Origin: Gaiellales bacterium
GTDB taxonomy: Bacteria > Actinomycetota > Thermoleophilia > Gaiellales > JAICJC01
NCBI GenBank assembly: GCA_036273355.1
Contig: DASUHV010000245.1
Span: 1-27,201, forward strand
Length of the DNA stretch: 27,201 nt
Reading direction: 5' to 3'
Position numbers and translations under genes: made by a program. Positions 16,717 to 25,325 of this stretch are shown here, piece by piece (the first letter of the stretch is position 1; every line of letters starts with the position of its first letter). The notes below the pieces were generated by a model. The model did no database searches. It was not told the DNA's origin and was given only the letters and a program-made list of their open reading frames with translations.

Positions 16717-17295
16717 TCAGACCGGGGCGGGCGGGCGAGCCAGACCGGCCACCGTCCGCTCGAGCATCGCCCGCAGCGGCCCTTCCGCAAACCCCTCTTG
16801 CGGGACCGAGAGCTGCGTCAGCAGCGCCCCCTCGATCAGGTTGCTGAGGATCTCGGCAGCCTGGCCGGGATCGGGCAGCCCGGCGCTCCCCGCCAGCGAC
16901 TCGATGCCGGCCAGGTAGGCCTGGTTCCAGCGCTCGGCCAGCGGCCGCAGCTCGGGCCGCCGCCCCGCCTCCAGCACCAGCTCGTACTGCGCCGCCAGCG
17001 GCGCCTGGTCGTCGTCGCAGATGGCCGCCACCAGGCTCAGCAACCGGCCCACGAGCTGCGCAGGATCGGCCGGGCCGGGCGGTGCCGACTCCCGCCGCAC
17101 CGCCGCGATCGAGCGATCGATCGCCAGCTCCAGCGCCTCGTGCACGAGCGCGTCCTTCGACGCGAAGTGGTACGTGGTCGAGGCAAGCGGCACGCCCGCC
17201 TCGGCGGCCACCGCCCGGTGCGTGGCCGCGTCCGCGCCGCGGGCGGCGATCACCCGCAGCGTCGCCTCCAGGATCACCGCCCGGCGATCACTCAC
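16717..17295 (-). CDS. TetR family transcriptional regulator (YbjK/RcdA-like)
   Basis: HTH RRAVILEATLRVIAARGADAATHRAVAAEAGVPLASTTYHFASKDAL. The GTG start overlaps the upstream oxidase stop (GTGA). Confidence 0.92.
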   Translation of the reverse strand: MSDRRAVILEATLRVIAARGADAATHRAVAAEAGVPLASTTYHFASKDALVHEALELAIDRSIAAVRRESAPPGPADPAQLVGRLLSLVAAICDDDQAPLAAQYELVLEAGRRPELRPLAERWNQAYLAGIESLAGSAGLPDPGQAAEILSNLIEGALLTQLSVPQEGFAEGPLRAMLERTVAGLARPPAPV

Positions 17296-18578
17296 GGCCC
17301 GGTCTGGCGAAGCCAGGCGCCGGCCCGCAGACCCGACTCGATCGCTCCGTCGATGAAGCCCGACCAGCCCGCGGCAAGGTCGGAGCCGGCCAGCAGCACC
17401 GGCCCTTCCGGCCGCCGCATCTCGTCGTAGTAGCGGCTGTACCAGCCCGGCCGGTGGATCGCCCAGGTGCCACGCGAGAACTCGTCGACCAGCCAGTCGT
17501 GGGCCGACGCGTCGAGCGCCCTGTAGCCGGGGATGATGTGATCGAGGTCGTCCTGCACGCGGGGCAGGTCGGTCGCGTCGTTCAGCGCGGCGTCGTAGCC
17601 GAAGCCGATCATCACCTGCGTTCCGTCGTCGTTCATGAACTCGGTGTCGAGGTAGCCGAACGGGTGTCCCGGCCGGATCGCGTTCTGGGAGATCGGCTCG
17701 CCGTCGGCGTGGATGAAGATCTTGATCCCGCGCGACGCCTGGCCCAGGGCGATCCCCTCCAGCTTCAGCTCCGACAGCGCCGGTTCGAACTCGATGGCCG
17801 CGAGCGTGTTCAGCGGCACGGCCACCACCGCCCGCGCCGTCGGCAGCAGCTCGCCTGCGCGCGTCTCCACCTCGACGCCGTCGCCGCGCCGTCGCACCGC
17901 CGCGACCGGCGTGGACAGCCGCGTCTCGTACGCCGCGCCGCGGGCGATCGCCTCCAGCAGCCCGCGGGTGCCCGTGGTCAGCGTCACCCGCCCGCCCGTG
18001 TACTGGGTCAGCGCCAGGCTGTAGCCGGAGAGCGCGTGCCAGCGAAGCACGCTGGCGGCGCCCGCCTCGTCCAGCGGGCCGTGGGCCAGCGACTCCAGCT
18101 CGGCCCACAGCACCTCGCGGTGCTCGTCGTCGAGGTCGAGCTCGTCCACCCGCTGAGCGATCGTCAATCGGTCGATCCGCGCCAGCTGGTCGATCGCCAG
18201 GGTCGGGTCGTGCGGGTTCGGCAGCGACCGCTCGACCCCGTCCACGAACTGCAGCCAGCCGCGGTTGGCGATCGCGTCGCGCTCGGCGATCGTCCCGGTA
18301 CGCCGCTCCTCGCCCACGTACCAGGCGGTCGCATCGGGGTCGCCCGACAGCTCGACGGTCAGCCCGGCGCGGGTGATCTCGGAGAACGTGTGGGGCTGGT
18401 GCCAGTGCACCCAGCCGCCGCCGTACTCGATCTGGTGGCCGTTCCAGGGAGCCGTCCAGGTGCGGCCGCCCAGCCGGTCGCGTCCCTCGAGCAGCAGCAC
18501 GCTGCGACCGTCCCTCGCCGCCCCACGGGCGGCGGTGACCCCGGCGAATCCACCGCCGACCACGACCACATCGTGCAT
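17292..18578 (-). CDS. Flavin monoamine oxidase family protein
   Basis: VVVVGGGFAG...LLEGRDRLGGRTWT, GGGWVH, DWLVDEFSRGTW and LLAGSDLAAGWSGFIDGAIESG. AGGGAG RBS before the ATG at 18578. Confidence 0.92.
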   Translation of the reverse strand: MHDVVVVGGGFAGVTAARGAARDGRSVLLLEGRDRLGGRTWTAPWNGHQIEYGGGWVHWHQPHTFSEITRAGLTVELSGDPDATAWYVGEERRTGTIAERDAIANRGWLQFVDGVERSLPNPHDPTLAIDQLARIDRLTIAQRVDELDLDDEHREVLWAELESLAHGPLDEAGAASVLRWHALSGYSLALTQYTGGRVTLTTGTRGLLEAIARGAAYETRLSTPVAAVRRRGDGVEVETRAGELLPTARAVVAVPLNTLAAIEFEPALSELKLEGIALGQASRGIKIFIHADGEPISQNAIRPGHPFGYLDTEFMNDDGTQVMIGFGYDAALNDATDLPRVQDDLDHIIPGYRALDASAHDWLVDEFSRGTWAIHRPGWYSRYYDEMRRPEGPVLLAGSDLAAGWSGFIDGAIESGLRAGAWLRQTGP

Positions 18579-18609
18579 CGCCCGCTCCCTTGTTCCTGGA
18601 GTAACCGCT

Positions 18610-18629
18610 ACTGGTACAAATGTACCAGT
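18610..18629. promoter_or_regulatory. Perfect 9-2-9 palindrome ACTGGTACA-aa-TGTACCAGT; candidate operator of the adjacent TetR
   Basis: Directly visible, 31 bp upstream of the amine oxidase start. AT-rich compared with its surroundings. Confidence 0.75.
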
Positions 18630-18633
18630 TCGG

Positions 18634-20031
18634 TCAGTGCGGCGGCATGACCGGCGACAGCAGGGCCGTGCGGCAGGCACGCGTGCCGTGGGTGTCCTCG
18701 TGGACGTCGGCGCTCTCCAGCACCCGCACGATCGCCCGGGAGGCGATGAACCGCAGCGGCTCGGGCTCCCAGCGGCGGCTGCGGTGACCGACCCAGGGCA
18801 GCGTGGTCAGGTCGGTGTCGCGCCCCAGCACCAGGTCGGCAAGCGTGCGGCCGCCGATGTTGGCGGCGACCACGCCGTGGCCGGAGTAGCCGCCGGCGTA
18901 GCCGAGGCCGGTGCCGGGGTTGAAGTGGACGGCCATGCTCCAGTCCCGCGGCACCGCCAGCGGGCCACCCCAGTGGTGCGTGATGGCCGCATCAGCAGCG
19001 GCCGGGAAGTGGTGGCGGAGCACCCGCTCCAGGCGCGCCCGCACCGAGTCGGAGCGCTCGTTCTGCTCGCTGATGGGGTGGCGCAGCTGGTAGGGAGCGC
19101 CGCGGCCGCCGATCGCGATCCGGCCGTCGGCGGTCCGCTGCGCGTAGAAGAACAGGTGGTGGCGGTCCCCGATCAAGAGGCCGTCCCGCCAGCCCAGCTC
19201 GTCCCAGACCTCGGGCGGCAGCGGCTCGGTCGCGATCATCAGCGAGTACAGCGGCAGGTAGCGCAGCGACTGTCCCGGCAGCTGGGTGGTGTAGGACTCG
19301 GTCGCGCGCAGCACCGTGGTCGCGCGCAGCTCTCCGCCGGGGCAGCGAACGCGGCCGGAGGCGAGCTCCAGCGCCGGCGTGCGCTCGTGGATGACCACGC
19401 CCAGCCGCTCGCAGGCCTCGGCCAGGCCGCGGACCAACCGGGCCGGGTCGATGCGGGCGCCGTGCGGCGAGTACACGGCCGCGATCCGCCCGTCGACCCG
19501 CGCGTACGCGTCGGCCTGCTCGGGCGTCAGCGTCTGCCAGTCCTGCTCGGTGGCGCCCAGCGCCCGCGCCGAGCGCTCGCTATCCGCCAGCCGTTGCTCC
19601 TGCGGTGGGCTGGTGGCGACCATCAGCCAGCCTGCTTTCAAGTAGCCGCATTCGATGCCCTCCTGCTCGATCACGCGTCCGATCTCGTCGACGGTCGTCT
19701 GCGTCTCACGCTGGGCGCGTACGACGGCGTCCTGCCCGTGGCTGCGGCGGTAGAGCTTGGCGCTGCCGGACAGGCCGGATGAGACCCAGCCGCCGTTGCG
19801 GCCGGACGGGCCGTACCCGGCGATCTCGCTCTCGACCACGGTCACGCGCAGGTCGGGCTGGTGCCGCTTCAGGTAGTACGCCGACCACAGGCCGGTGAAC
19901 CCGGCGCCCACGATCGCGACGTCACAGTCGGCCGACGCCTCCAGCGAGCGCCGCGGCGTCAGCGACCCCGGCAGGCCGTCCAGCCACAGGCTGCGCGCGC
20001 GGTATCGGGCTTCGAAGGGGTCGGCTGGCAC
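18634..20031 (-). CDS. FAD-dependent oxidoreductase, DAO/PuuB (gamma-glutamylputrescine oxidase-like) family
   Basis: SLWLD, DVAIVGAGFTGLWSAYYL, GYGPSGRNGG, ATEPL, HHWGGPL and GYSGHGV. GTG at 20031 chosen because TAGACT (-10) lies 8 nt upstream. Confidence 0.9.
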   Translation of the reverse strand: MPADPFEARYRARSLWLDGLPGSLTPRRSLEASADCDVAIVGAGFTGLWSAYYLKRHQPDLRVTVVESEIAGYGPSGRNGGWVSSGLSGSAKLYRRSHGQDAVVRAQRETQTTVDEIGRVIEQEGIECGYLKAGWLMVATSPPQEQRLADSERSARALGATEQDWQTLTPEQADAYARVDGRIAAVYSPHGARIDPARLVRGLAEACERLGVVIHERTPALELASGRVRCPGGELRATTVLRATESYTTQLPGQSLRYLPLYSLMIATEPLPPEVWDELGWRDGLLIGDRHHLFFYAQRTADGRIAIGGRGAPYQLRHPISEQNERSDSVRARLERVLRHHFPAAADAAITHHWGGPLAVPRDWSMAVHFNPGTGLGYAGGYSGHGVVAANIGGRTLADLVLGRDTDLTTLPWVGHRSRRWEPEPLRFIASRAIVRVLESADVHEDTHGTRACRTALLSPVMPPH

Positions 20032-20140
20032 GGCGGGTGAGTCTAGCGAGCGGCCGTGCACGGCCGGTCAGTTGCAGATCTGGCTCGAGCGCCCGGAACC
20101 GGATGACGTGACCGTGGGCGTCCTCATCTAGCATCGGGCC

Positions 20141-21097
20141 ATGGATCTTCCGCCCGGATACCGGCTGCGGGCGCCTGTGATCGAGGACGGCCCTGCGATC
20201 GCCGACATGCTGAACGAGGAGACGGTGGCGCTGACCGGAGTCCCGGTTGCCAGCGTGGAGTGGGTCACGACCGCCTGGACGGCACCCGGCGCCAGGGTCG
20301 ACCGCGACTTCGGCGTCATCACCGACAGCGGCGGGGCGATCGCCGGGTACTTCATGATCGACTTCGAGCCGCCCCAGACCACCATGACGGTGATCGGTGC
20401 CGTGGCCCTGTCGCACCACAACCGCGGAATCGGCTCGGCCATCATCCAGGAGGTCGAGCGGCGCGGCCGGGACCGGGCCGCCGGTCGCGAGGACATCACC
20501 CTCCGGATGGGGGTGCTGGCGGGCGAGCCACGGGTGGCGGCGCTGCTGACCGCCCACGGATTCCGCGAGGTGCGGGTGTTCTGGTCGATGTCGCTCCGGT
20601 TCGACGGCCCGCCGCCGCCCCCGGCCGACGTTCCGGGGATCGACGTCCGCACGTTCGTCCCCGGCCAGGAGCGGGAGGTCTACGCGTGCGCGGCCGCGGC
20701 GTTCGAGGATCACTGGGGCGACGGGTTCCCGTCCGAGCAGTCGTGGCTGCATCGCACCGTCTACGCCAGCGACACCTTTGATCCCGAGCTGTGGTACCTG
20801 GCCTGGGAGGGCGAGCGGCTGGTGGGCTTGCTGCTGGCCGCCGCCGACTCCGAGGAGGATCCCGAGCTCGGGTACGTCGCCTGGCTGGGCGTGCGCCGCG
20901 AGGCCCGCGGCCGCGGCCTCGGCGAGGCGCTGCTGCGCCGCAGCTTCGTGAAGTTTCACGAGCTCGGAAAACTGGGCGCGCAGCTGGTGGTCGACAGCGA
21001 GTCGAGCACCGGCGCCAACCGGCTGTACGAGCGCGTTGGCATGACCGCACAGCCACGCTTCGCCAACTGGGACCGTTCGCTGCTGCCCGCAGACTGA
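20141..21097 (+). CDS. Tandem two-domain GNAT acetyltransferase (MshD-like architecture)
   Basis: Two acetyl-CoA motifs (HHNRGIGSA and LGVRREARGRGLGEALLRRSF), plus VDSESSTGANRLYERVGM. TAGCAT -10 lies 6 nt before the ATG. Confidence 0.88.
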   Translation: MDLPPGYRLRAPVIEDGPAIADMLNEETVALTGVPVASVEWVTTAWTAPGARVDRDFGVITDSGGAIAGYFMIDFEPPQTTMTVIGAVALSHHNRGIGSAIIQEVERRGRDRAAGREDITLRMGVLAGEPRVAALLTAHGFREVRVFWSMSLRFDGPPPPPADVPGIDVRTFVPGQEREVYACAAAAFEDHWGDGFPSEQSWLHRTVYASDTFDPELWYLAWEGERLVGLLLAAADSEEDPELGYVAWLGVRREARGRGLGEALLRRSFVKFHELGKLGAQLVVDSESSTGANRLYERVGMTAQPRFANWDRSLLPAD

Positions 21098-21270
21098 CCG
21101 ATTCCGGCCGGCCGTGAGCACCCGTACACGGGTAGGCGGTGCCCCCCAGATGGGGGATGCGTCACGTCGTTGGGGGATGCCAGGATGGTTCTGCAGGGGG
21201 ACGAGGAGGACGGGTCACAACCGATCTCCCTGTGAGGCCGAGGGTCGGCCGCAACGGAAGGGGTCTTCCA

Positions 21271-22761
21271 GTGAATCTCCAACGCGTCTGTGTGCTCGTC
21301 GCTGCGCTGCTTGCGTGGCTCGTGTTCACCGCCACGGCGTCTGCCAACCCGCTGCCGGCGGCCGGTATCTACCAGGTCTGGGCCAACGATTCCGGCGCCA
21401 CCGCACCCTATGTGCGCGGTGGCCAGATCACGCTCGACTGGGCCACCATCGAGCCCCAGCGCAAGACCTTCAACTGGAGCTCGCTGGACTCCGAGCTGAA
21501 GTACTACGCCTCGATCGGCAAGGTCGCGACCGTGCAGGTCAACTCGACCACCAAGCCGGCCTGGCTCTGGAACGTGGTCGCGCGCTGCGGCACGGTGCAG
21601 AAGCAGGCGGCCCCACAGTACTGGGATCCCGCCTACATGACGGTGCAGACCGAGCTGGTGTCGGCGCTGGCGGCGCACCTCAAGGCCTCGCCGTATGAGT
21701 CCACCGTCGCCCTGGTGCGGTCCGCTCCCAACGCGATCGGCACCGAGCTGACCGACCTGCCCGCGGGCTACACGTGCACGGCCACGCCCTCAGGCCACAA
21801 GGTCAAGACGCTCTGGTCGAAGGACGTGCGCAACGCCTACTACTACAACGTCATGAACCTGTACCGGCTGCAGATGCTGCCGCAGATCCCGGTGGCGCTG
21901 AGGGCGCAGGTGTGGACGCAGTGGCCGGGGCACTGCCCGATGGATTGGCTGGGCACCGGCGGCGCCATGATCATGGGCACCGGCTCGGATATCGATCCGC
22001 AACCGATACGCGACGCGTTCGACCTGTTCGCCTACAACCAGGTGCGGATGGGCAGCAGCAACGCCTACTGGGAGCCGATCAGCTACGCCGGCAAGAACAA
22101 CCTCGTCAGCTGGAACTACTGGCGGATCCTGCTGGAGCTGGACAAGGGCGTGCGATCCATCGCTGTCTACGGCAACGTGCTCAGCCAGGGGCAGACGAAC
22201 CCGGAGTTCCGGGCCGCCTTCGACTTCGCGAATGCGTACGCGGGCCATCAGTGGGATCCGGCCGGATCACCGGGCGCATGGGTGGCCCTGCGGCAGGGAA
22301 CGGGCCGTATGGCCGGCAACTTCACCTGGTTCATGACGCAGCTGAACCCGTCCACCACGTCGGTGCCGGTCGACAGCAACGCCGGCGCGTCGATGATCGG
22401 GCCGGCCACGCAGCGCTTCGGCCGATACGCACGCCAGATCACGGGCGGCACATCCACGAACACCATGAGCTTCGCTCTCGATCCGACCTTCCGGACCGAC
22501 CTGGCGTCGTCGCTGACCACGCTGCGTGTCACGTACCTGGACACCGGCACCGGCAGCTTCAACGTCAGCTGGGGCACCGATCCCACCCAGACGGTGACGA
22601 TCACCAAGACCAACACCGGCAGCTGGCAGACGACGCAGATCCCGGTTGCCGGGATCGACTACACGGGCGGCCTTGCGGGGGGCGCCGACATCTCCGTGTC
22701 CGAGCTGGGCAGCGACTCCACCGACTTCCAGATGGTGGAGGTTGCGGTGGCAGGGCGCTGA
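21271..22761 (+). CDS. Secreted glycoside-hydrolase-like protein (beta-galactosidase/clan A-like barrel plus C-terminal beta-sandwich)
   Basis: GTG at 21271 with GGAAGGGG RBS. Signal peptide ending ATASA. LDWATIEPQRKTFNWSSLD and PQYWDPAY as in GH42/GH35-like barrels. C-terminal LRVTYLDTGTG...TKTNTGSWQT is CBM-like. Confidence 0.65.
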   Translation: MNLQRVCVLVAALLAWLVFTATASANPLPAAGIYQVWANDSGATAPYVRGGQITLDWATIEPQRKTFNWSSLDSELKYYASIGKVATVQVNSTTKPAWLWNVVARCGTVQKQAAPQYWDPAYMTVQTELVSALAAHLKASPYESTVALVRSAPNAIGTELTDLPAGYTCTATPSGHKVKTLWSKDVRNAYYYNVMNLYRLQMLPQIPVALRAQVWTQWPGHCPMDWLGTGGAMIMGTGSDIDPQPIRDAFDLFAYNQVRMGSSNAYWEPISYAGKNNLVSWNYWRILLELDKGVRSIAVYGNVLSQGQTNPEFRAAFDFANAYAGHQWDPAGSPGAWVALRQGTGRMAGNFTWFMTQLNPSTTSVPVDSNAGASMIGPATQRFGRYARQITGGTSTNTMSFALDPTFRTDLASSLTTLRVTYLDTGTGSFNVSWGTDPTQTVTITKTNTGSWQTTQIPVAGIDYTGGLAGGADISVSELGSDSTDFQMVEVAVAGR

Positions 22762-22790
22762 TCGGCCCGTTCTGCGCGTAATATGTGCGA

Positions 22791-23123
22791 ATGAACACTG
22801 GTGAGCAGCGCGAGCTGCGGCAGTGGGCCGATCAGCTGTGCGAGGTCGATGACCCGGAACGGCGTGCGATGGGCCGGGCGATCGCGATGCTGCTCGACCG
22901 CATCGAGGAGCTCGAGAAGGAGCTGTCGGCGGCGCCGCAGGCGGCCCCGAACGGTGACTTCGAGCCCAACGGCGAGCCGTCGTGGCCCGAGCAGCCGGAC
23001 GTGGTCGCGCCGTCGAGGAGCCTGGCCGAGCCCATCAGCGTCGGCGAGGACACCCAGCAGCTGAGCCTTCGCGACCGACTGCGCCACGCAGCCGACAACC
23101 TCCGTGAGCGCGGCGAGCGCTGA
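22791..23123 (+). CDS. Hypothetical protein (110 aa)
   Basis: TAATAT -10 exactly 6 nt before the ATG at 22791. High-GC codon bias. Short coiled-coil (LLDRIEELEKEL). Confidence 0.7.
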   Translation: MNTGEQRELRQWADQLCEVDDPERRAMGRAIAMLLDRIEELEKELSAAPQAAPNGDFEPNGEPSWPEQPDVVAPSRSLAEPISVGEDTQQLSLRDRLRHAADNLRERGER

Positions 23124-23183
23124 ACGGCCCGCCGGGTACCGGTACCGCTAGCTGCCGGCCCCTGAGGCTCGTAAAGTCGAAGG

Positions 23184-24122
23184 GTGACCGTACGTGGCTC
23201 CGATGCGGTACCTGCGAACGATGCTGCCTGGGATCAGGCGGCCGACGACGCGTTCCACCAGGCGTTGCCGACGATCCTGGACGAGGTGTTCGGCGAGCAC
23301 CGGCTGGATCAGCTGGTGACTGCCATCTGCGACGGTGGCGAGGAGCTCGTGCCGGAGGTCACCCTGCGTCTCGAGGGCTTCGACGTGCGCTGTCTGGCCG
23401 GGCGCATCTTCGATTCGCCCGGTGCGGCTCCACCCGAGGACGACGAGAGCTTCGCGCTGCTCGATCTGCGACCCGGGCAGATGGCCGTGCGCATCCCGAT
23501 GTCGAGCTCCGGCGTGCACCTCGCCGACCTGGTGGCGGTGCGCGAGGGCGGAGCCTGGATCGGCGCCCAGCACCGCGGCCAGCTGCGCCTCTTCGCAGAC
23601 ATGGTGGCGCCGCTCCTGTACGCGCAGCTCGAGCGCGACGAGCTGCGCCGGGCGGCGCTCACCGACCAGCTCACGGGCCTCGCCAACCGGCGCGCGCTCG
23701 ACCATGTGCTGGAGCAGATGTGCTCCCAGCAGGCGCACCTGTGCATGCTGTTGCTGGACGTGGACGGGCTGAAGGAGGTGAACGACGCCATCGGCTATGC
23801 GCAGGGCGACCACCTGATCAGCACGCTGGCCCGCTCGATCACGGAGTCGATCGCGCCGCGTCACATCGCGGCCCGCATGGGCGGTGACGAGTTCATCGTG
23901 ATCATGCCCGACACCACGCGCAAGCAGGCCCGGAAACGGGCCAAGAAGATCGCGCGGCGGTTCGAGAAGCAGCCGCTGCATCCGCGCGTGTTCGAGATCA
24001 GCGGCGGCGTCTCGATGGGCGTGATCGAGGCCAAGCCGGGGGAGGGGCCGCTGGAGCTGGTGCGGCGGGCCGCGCGCTCGATGCGCGTCAACAAGCGCCG
24101 GCGCCGCACCGACCGCGGCTGA
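23184..24122 (+). CDS. Diguanylate cyclase (GGDEF domain) with N-terminal sensory-like region
   Basis: LTDQLTGLANRRAL, LLDVDGLKEVNDAIGYAQGD, ARMGGDEF and SMGV. Intact GGDEF; no RxxD I-site (RHIA at that position). Confidence 0.92.
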   Translation: MTVRGSDAVPANDAAWDQAADDAFHQALPTILDEVFGEHRLDQLVTAICDGGEELVPEVTLRLEGFDVRCLAGRIFDSPGAAPPEDDESFALLDLRPGQMAVRIPMSSSGVHLADLVAVREGGAWIGAQHRGQLRLFADMVAPLLYAQLERDELRRAALTDQLTGLANRRALDHVLEQMCSQQAHLCMLLLDVDGLKEVNDAIGYAQGDHLISTLARSITESIAPRHIAARMGGDEFIVIMPDTTRKQARKRAKKIARRFEKQPLHPRVFEISGGVSMGVIEAKPGEGPLELVRRAARSMRVNKRRRRTDRG

Positions 24123-24188
24123 GCGATCTCACGAAACCGGGGTTGGCCGCGTTGTAGTCGTGTTCGCCAACCACCGGAGGGATACCGC

Positions 24189-24653
24189 ATGCCAGCCTTC
24201 ACAGTCAGCCCGCTGCCCGCCTCGCAGGTCGACCAGGCCCGGAGCGCCGCGCTCGCCGACGGCACCGCCGTCGAGGTGACAAGCAACGACGATGCCCCGT
24301 TCCCGGTGCGCTGCTGCCTGCACGACGCCACCGCCGATGAGGGCGTGCTGCTGCTGTCCATGCAGCCGCGGAGCGGCGATAGCCCATACGCCGCGCCCGG
24401 GCCGGTCTACATCCACCGTGACCGCTGTGCCGGCTACAGCCGCGAGGGCGAGGTGCCGCAGATCCTGCGCGGGCGCACCCTGTCGCTGCGGGGGTACACG
24501 GACGAGCACATGATCACCGGCACGGCCGTCGTCGCCGGCGAGGACGTCGAGCGCGCCGCGCAGCAGCTGCTCGAGGTGCCCGGGACTGCGTACTTGTTCG
24601 TGCACTTCGCCGGCCCCGGATGCTACGCGTGTCGCATCGATCCGGCCGCCTGA
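24189..24653 (+). CDS. DUF1203 domain-containing protein
   Basis: FPVRCCLHDA, YAAPGPVYIH, LSLRGY and YLFVHFAGPGCYACRID. GGAGG RBS. Confidence 0.85.
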   Translation: MPAFTVSPLPASQVDQARSAALADGTAVEVTSNDDAPFPVRCCLHDATADEGVLLLSMQPRSGDSPYAAPGPVYIHRDRCAGYSREGEVPQILRGRTLSLRGYTDEHMITGTAVVAGEDVERAAQQLLEVPGTAYLFVHFAGPGCYACRIDPAA

Positions 24654-24698
24654 AGGCGGTGCTAGCCGGGCTTAGCCGCATTCCGCTAGTCTCGTCAC

Positions 24699-25325
24699 AT
24701 GAGCTATCGAGTTGTGTGCATATCGCGTGACGTGGGTGCCGGTGGCGAGGACGTGGGCCGTGCGGTCGCGTCGCAGCTGGGCTTCCGGTACGTGGATGAG
24801 GAGATCGTGCGGAGGGTCGCCGAGGAATCGGGGCTCGACCACGCCAGGGTGGCTGGAGCCGAGGAACGGCGAGGGCTGGTCGCGCGCCTGCTGGACGCGG
24901 TCGAGCAGTCGGCCGCCGGACTGCCCGAGCCGTACATGTACGCGGCCGACGTGCAGCTGCCGGCCGCTCCGGGTGAGGACGTCCGCGAGCTGATCCGCGA
25001 GGCGGTGCGACAGACGGCCGACGAGGGCGACGTCGTGATCGTGGCCCACGCTGCGTCGCACGTGCTGGCCGGCCGCACTGAGGCGCTGCGGGTGTGGGTG
25101 ACCGGGTCGCCCCACGCGTGCGCCGAGCGGCTGGTCGCCACCGCCGGGGTGGATGCCAGGCGCGCCGGCGAGCTGGTTGAGGGCGGGCGCAAGGCGCGCG
25201 CCGACTACCTGCGCCGGTTCCACGACGTCAAGCAGGAGCTGCCCAGCCAGTACGACGTGGTGCTGAGCACCGATGCGCTGAGCGTGGACGACGCGGCCGC
25301 CGCCGTGGTCATGCTGGCTAGATGA
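24699..25325 (+). CDS. Cytidylate kinase-like family protein
   Basis: CISRDVGAGGEDVGRAVASQLGFRYVDEEIV P-loop-like start, GDVVIVAHAA, and YDVVLST. TAGTCT -10 lies 6 nt before the ATG. The stop codon lies inside the repeat terminus. Confidence 0.85.
   Translation: MSYRVVCISRDVGAGGEDVGRAVASQLGFRYVDEEIVRRVAEESGLDHARVAGAEERRGLVARLLDAVEQSAAGLPEPYMYAADVQLPAAPGEDVRELIREAVRQTADEGDVVIVAHAASHVLAGRTEALRVWVTGSPHACAERLVATAGVDARRAGELVEGGRKARADYLRRFHDVKQELPSQYDVVLSTDALSVDDAAAAVVMLAR

Noticed and set aside
16709-16720. Palindrome CTGACCGGTCAG between rmuC and TetR
   Set aside because: Largely explained by two convergent TGA stop codons. Too short and no U-tract, so not called a terminator.
15039-18650. Other long overlapping ORFs (for example 15039-16790, 17082-18650, and the 16717-18108 extension beyond the TetR start)
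   Set aside because: Low-complexity translations overlapping rmuC, the amine oxidase and TetR. Only 16717-17295 has a recognisable domain.
21098-21270. Known riboswitch (c-di-AMP, c-di-GMP, TPP, cobalamin, SAM) in the long leader
   Set aside because: None of the hallmark conserved motifs could be identified by eye.
24133-24160. Possible ECF-sigma promoter (GAAAC...GTT/CGT) upstream of the DUF1203 gene
   Set aside because: The spacing between AAC and the candidate -10 elements (12-13 or 21 nt) does not fit the usual 16-17 nt.
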